DNA of 64,000 nucleotides from Eledone cirrhosa. Lineage: Eukaryota. Location of the stretch: positions 1,736,001-1,800,000 of the forward strand of contig OZ024754.1 in assembly GCA_964016885.1 (NCBI GenBank), in the 5' to 3' direction. Positions 59,933-64,000 of this stretch are shown in pieces (the first letter of the stretch is position 1; each line of letters starts with the position of its first letter). Position numbers and translations under genes: made by a program. A model generated the notes under the pieces. The model saw only the letters and a list, made by a program, of their open reading frames with translations. It searched no databases and was not told the DNA's origin.

Positions 59933-62900
59933 TGGGTGTGTGTGCGCGCGCGCGCGCACGCGCGTCTGTGTATATCGTTAAACTTTGAGTGTTAATTGTC
60001 ATACCAAAGTGCTTTCGTCACAAACTTGTGGTCTCCACAGTTACTATTCTTGTCATGGTGTGCCTTATTTCTTCTATTTTACACTATCCATATAGAAATA
60101 AATATGTGAGACAATGTGAGTATTAATGTGGCAACGAGACGTGTAAACTAGTTAGTTAATATAAAGTCATGACATGAAAGCAATCTTTCTCCTAGGTATC
60201 AAATTAAAACAATCAAAATTAGAGACATATATTGATCGATAGATAAAGAAAGATTAGATCTCATGTTATCTAACACGCTTGTTTAATTTCAGTATTTGTT
60301 CCACACTTAAGGGTTAACGATGTTTTCTGTATGTTAGATATTATGTCTCTTAATATAGCAGAGATTAAACATTTGGATGAGAATGAATTTGTAATCTGAT
60401 CCATCTGTTATTGAAACCCAATATATATTGTGTGATTAAACTAGAGTATATGCGAATGAGGTATAAATAATGCTTTCAATTACAAATAATCAGCATCGCT
60501 GTATACACCATAAATATAGAAATATAAAAGAGAAAAATAACAAAGAAATCCTGGAAAAGAAACAAAGAGAGAAAATAAAATGAATTAATGGAATCTTAGA
60601 CGTATTTTAGTGAGCTTCTCGAAATATAGGTTTTGATTAGCACACAACAGTAGATATAATAACTTGTCTGTTTGTCCAAGATGACTTTCTCGTTAGATTC
60701 TTTCCTATTTCTTATACTTGTGGTATTTACATTCAGTGTTGAGATAATTACACTGCAATTATCTTTATCTATATACCAGTTATCAATTTTCATCATCGTT
60801 CTTATAAATGCTGTAGGCATCTTACCAAGTTTCTACGATTCTTAATTAGCTTTCTATTGAAGGGACATGCCCCATTGTTGGGAAGTTTATACATACATCG
60901 CAAACCTGTTTTCTAGCCTCAAAGATGTACAAACAGCGTGAGCGTTGGTCGTGTGTTGCATATAAATTATTTGGAAACTATTTGTAAATATTTCTAAATA
61001 TAAATTGTTGTGGAATATATGTCCATTTATTGTTTACTGTTAAATGCAAATAACCACAGTATTTTCTTTTCATAAAATTACTCACATGACACGAAACTTG
61101 TCAAATTCGTTCTCATTGTATTTTAGAAGGTTCTAGTTGATGATTGTGGTTCAGATTTTTGGTTGAATATATGTGCGAAACAGCTTATAAGAGGGTACTT
61201 GTGAAGTCTTAACTGTATTAAAGATTAACGTTTTAATTTGTTTTCCTATACGTAAATTCTAAATATTTTATGAGTACATAAGCTTATGACGGAGAAGAAA
61301 TATATTTATAGATTTACTTTCCTTCTTCTACAGTTCTACTGATTTCAAACACATTAGGTAAAAAGTAACGATGACTTTTTATAGCAAGATACATTCATTT
61401 CTTATTAAAAAGGAAATATTTCGGTACCGCAAACCTTTCTAGTGTTGCATATAGCAGCAACAACAACTTTCACACGTACAGGTGTTTTGCCAAAAACAAT
61501 TCTATAACGTTCACCATAAAAAGATATAAGAAAGAACGTTAAACTTTGGTTCGTTACTTTGGCGTTAGAATATAGAAAGTTGTTTAATGCTGATTGGATA
61601 AGATCTGGTGACATATACTTAGGTGGGATCTCATTGGGAACGAGAGACCAGATAGTCCTCGAAAACAATATTATTTTCCAGAACTGTACCATGTATTGAG
61701 TACGGAGATTAATGCATTAAATTAAGTCATGTACGACAAACATTCCAGCAGATGCGTTGACCAGATAAGGTTTCTAAGTTGGAGAACAGCTTACGGACAC
61801 AATATGTTCAGGTTTGAAGTATATAAACATTCTACAATTTGGTAGAGATTCTTTTGGAAATATATCAAAATGAACAACGACATTTCCAGCATTAGGAAAG
61901 ATTGTGGAATGTTTCGTTCACGACGGGATATTTTGTTTGTTATGTTATGATTTTAGAGGCGTTGACGGGATGTACAGGGCGGCAGATCTTCGAGGGGTAG
62001 CTGATACAGTTAGCTATTTATTTATTAGATGCTCTAAACATAAATACGAATATAATCATGCTGCCAAATTCGAGATGGAAATATGAGACTTTGCTTCTGA
62101 AAATAAGTCTGGTATATCATCGATCTCGTTGGAACACTGGTAAATACATACATACATTGTGTGTCTATTGAGCTTGTACTTTATCGAGCTGAGAAAATGA
62201 CAAACAAAGTTGACATTGGCAGTATTTGCAGAGAGCCGGAACGAAAAAGCGTAAAGTATTGCAGCCGACATTCTAACGACTTCGCCACATCGACGCTTAT
62301 ATATATTCAGACATACGCATATTAAAAATAATTGAACACAGCAGCAGAACTTGAAAGCAGATTATTCATATTTATTGTTGAATTCGGTTTGAGATAATCC
62401 TTGCATTTATTAGAAAGAAACAATATACATTTATGTCTTTGCTACGAGAATATATTAAACATGTTGACATATAGGCAAATATTTGCATGCATATAGCATT
62501 AAGAGATTTATATGCAGTTTATAAAATTAGCCACACGCATACACAGATGTATGTGTGTGTAAGCAGTGATTTGAAACATATTTCAATTCAATATATAAAT
62601 ATATATATATATATATATATGTTCGTGTAAAAGTTTTTAGCTATATATATAAGTATATATACAAATATATACATATATAAAGATATACATATATTTATTT
62701 ATATATATTTATATATATATATATATATATATATACGTATTTGAAAGGCAAACATATATATGGCTCATATAAGTTTGCTTGCATGCATGTTTAAATGTCA
62801 CTTTTATCTTACATGTATGTACATACAGTCTGTCTAATAGTGTGTTTGTAGCTATTCACACGAATACGTCCGAACGAACAGTCACTCATTGATAATACTT

Positions 62901-63376
62901 CCTACTCTCTTTTTTATTTCCCACTTTGTCTATCGTTCCTCATATTTTTTTCTTCATCCACGATTTACTTTTTATGCTGGATTCAGCACACAACTATAAA
63001 GACATACAGGAATACCGTTTGTAGTTCTATGTATAGCTATTTGAAATGCTTACTGCAATATATGTAATATAAATATTTCTTTCACGTAATTCAGTTTCCA
63101 ACGACATTATAATTCATGCACTGTTTTCTTCCTTCTGCTATTTATTGCTCATGAAATATACTATTGTTACACGTTTGGGTTCTGTTCTTTTTTTAACCCT
63201 GTTTCAGCAGATTTTTTTTTTTTATCAAATACATTCTAGCTATGATAAGCCCGTTGGACCTCCGTCGGGTTACCCGATGAGTGTTTCAGATTTTTGATAA
63301 AATAAACACCCTTTCCATGAAACTACCGAGTGGTCTTTTACCACACACACACACACATTATATATATATATATATA

Positions 63377-63537
63377 TATAGCTGTTTCATTGGAAGGAAA
63401 TCATCAGGGCTTTCCTGATGATTTCCTACGAATGAAACAGTTATAGTCCTGTAGAAGCCTTTTCTATATTAAATTTTGTACATATTCTATGTACTGAGCC
63501 CCTTACTGACTGTGGTTAACTCCGACTGAACCCGAGA
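63377..63537 (+). mobile_element. pLTR-like module: tailed plus-strand copy with a short inverted copy at its 5' side, between (TA)n and (CA)n
   Basis: Arms 63377-63408 and 63414-63445 match at 29/32. The tail runs to ~63537. Confidence 0.72.
63406..63461 (+). ncRNA. Type I hammerhead ribozyme motif
   Basis: AGGGCTTTC-CTGATGA-T TTC ctac GAA T-GAAA-CAG ttatagtc CTG-TA-GAAGCCTT. Stem I has one bulge, stem III is the 4-bp ACAG/CTGT, and GUA cleavage is predicted after 63453. Confidence 0.78.
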
Positions 63538-64000
63538 CACACACTCACACACAGACACACACACACAGTCCCCTCAATCTATCTTATTTCTCATTCTTTT
63601 TTCAGATGAAGGACTAGCGTCCGAAGTGTTAAGTCCCTCTTCCTGCTATATCAAACGTTAACCTAATATATCCCTTCCATATACTGTAACGATTGTGTTA
63701 TTTCTGTTTACCTTTTACATACATGCAAACATACATACATACATACATACATACATAAAATATTATTTTCAATAGAGAATCATTGTAATCTATTGTATAA
63801 ACCAAATTGTTAGGAAGTTGCATAGAAAACAGTCTCGGCAGACAAATACAAAATAGATTTTGCGAAGCCAATTCGGCTTATGTTTCTTCTTGAAATACAT
63901 TAAAATGTAAAGTACAGATTTATAAATTTGAAATCACTGACTTATCTAATTAATCCATTGAAATTCTATAGTCATTGAATATTGCATTCTACGCAAAAAA

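Overview
This is AT-rich, repeat-dominated animal genomic DNA, intergenic or intronic. The microsatellite load and SINE types suggest a cephalopod (octopus-like) genome, which is an inference only. I could not recognise any host protein-coding exon. Almost every ORF in the supplied track is an artefact of (TA)n, (CA)n, (GA)n or trinucleotide arrays, or of a 52-bp tandem repeat. Recognisable content: (i) a frameshifted C-terminal fragment of an R4/Dong-type RLE non-LTR retrotransposon at 1-515; (ii) more than 20 copies or fragments of tRNA-derived SINEs, several in head-to-tail arrays separated by TSD-like repeats; (iii) many micro- and minisatellites; (iv) probable DNA-transposon MITE remnants. 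The main result is a set of short unique-looking islands between (TA)n tracts that carry type I hammerhead ribozyme (HHR) motifs of several unrelated sequence families. Seven copies fold completely by eye: 3868+, 4032-, 4402-, 4580+, 33386+, 41688- and 63406+. About eight more are partial or decayed. They cluster at about 3.75-4.7, 33.3-33.9, 59.3-59.6 and 63.2-63.7 kb. They often occur as a tailed copy fused to a tail-less inverted copy, the architecture of Penelope-like element pseudo-LTRs, but no Penelope ORF is visible here. All folding and alignment was done by eye, and repeat boundaries are approximate.
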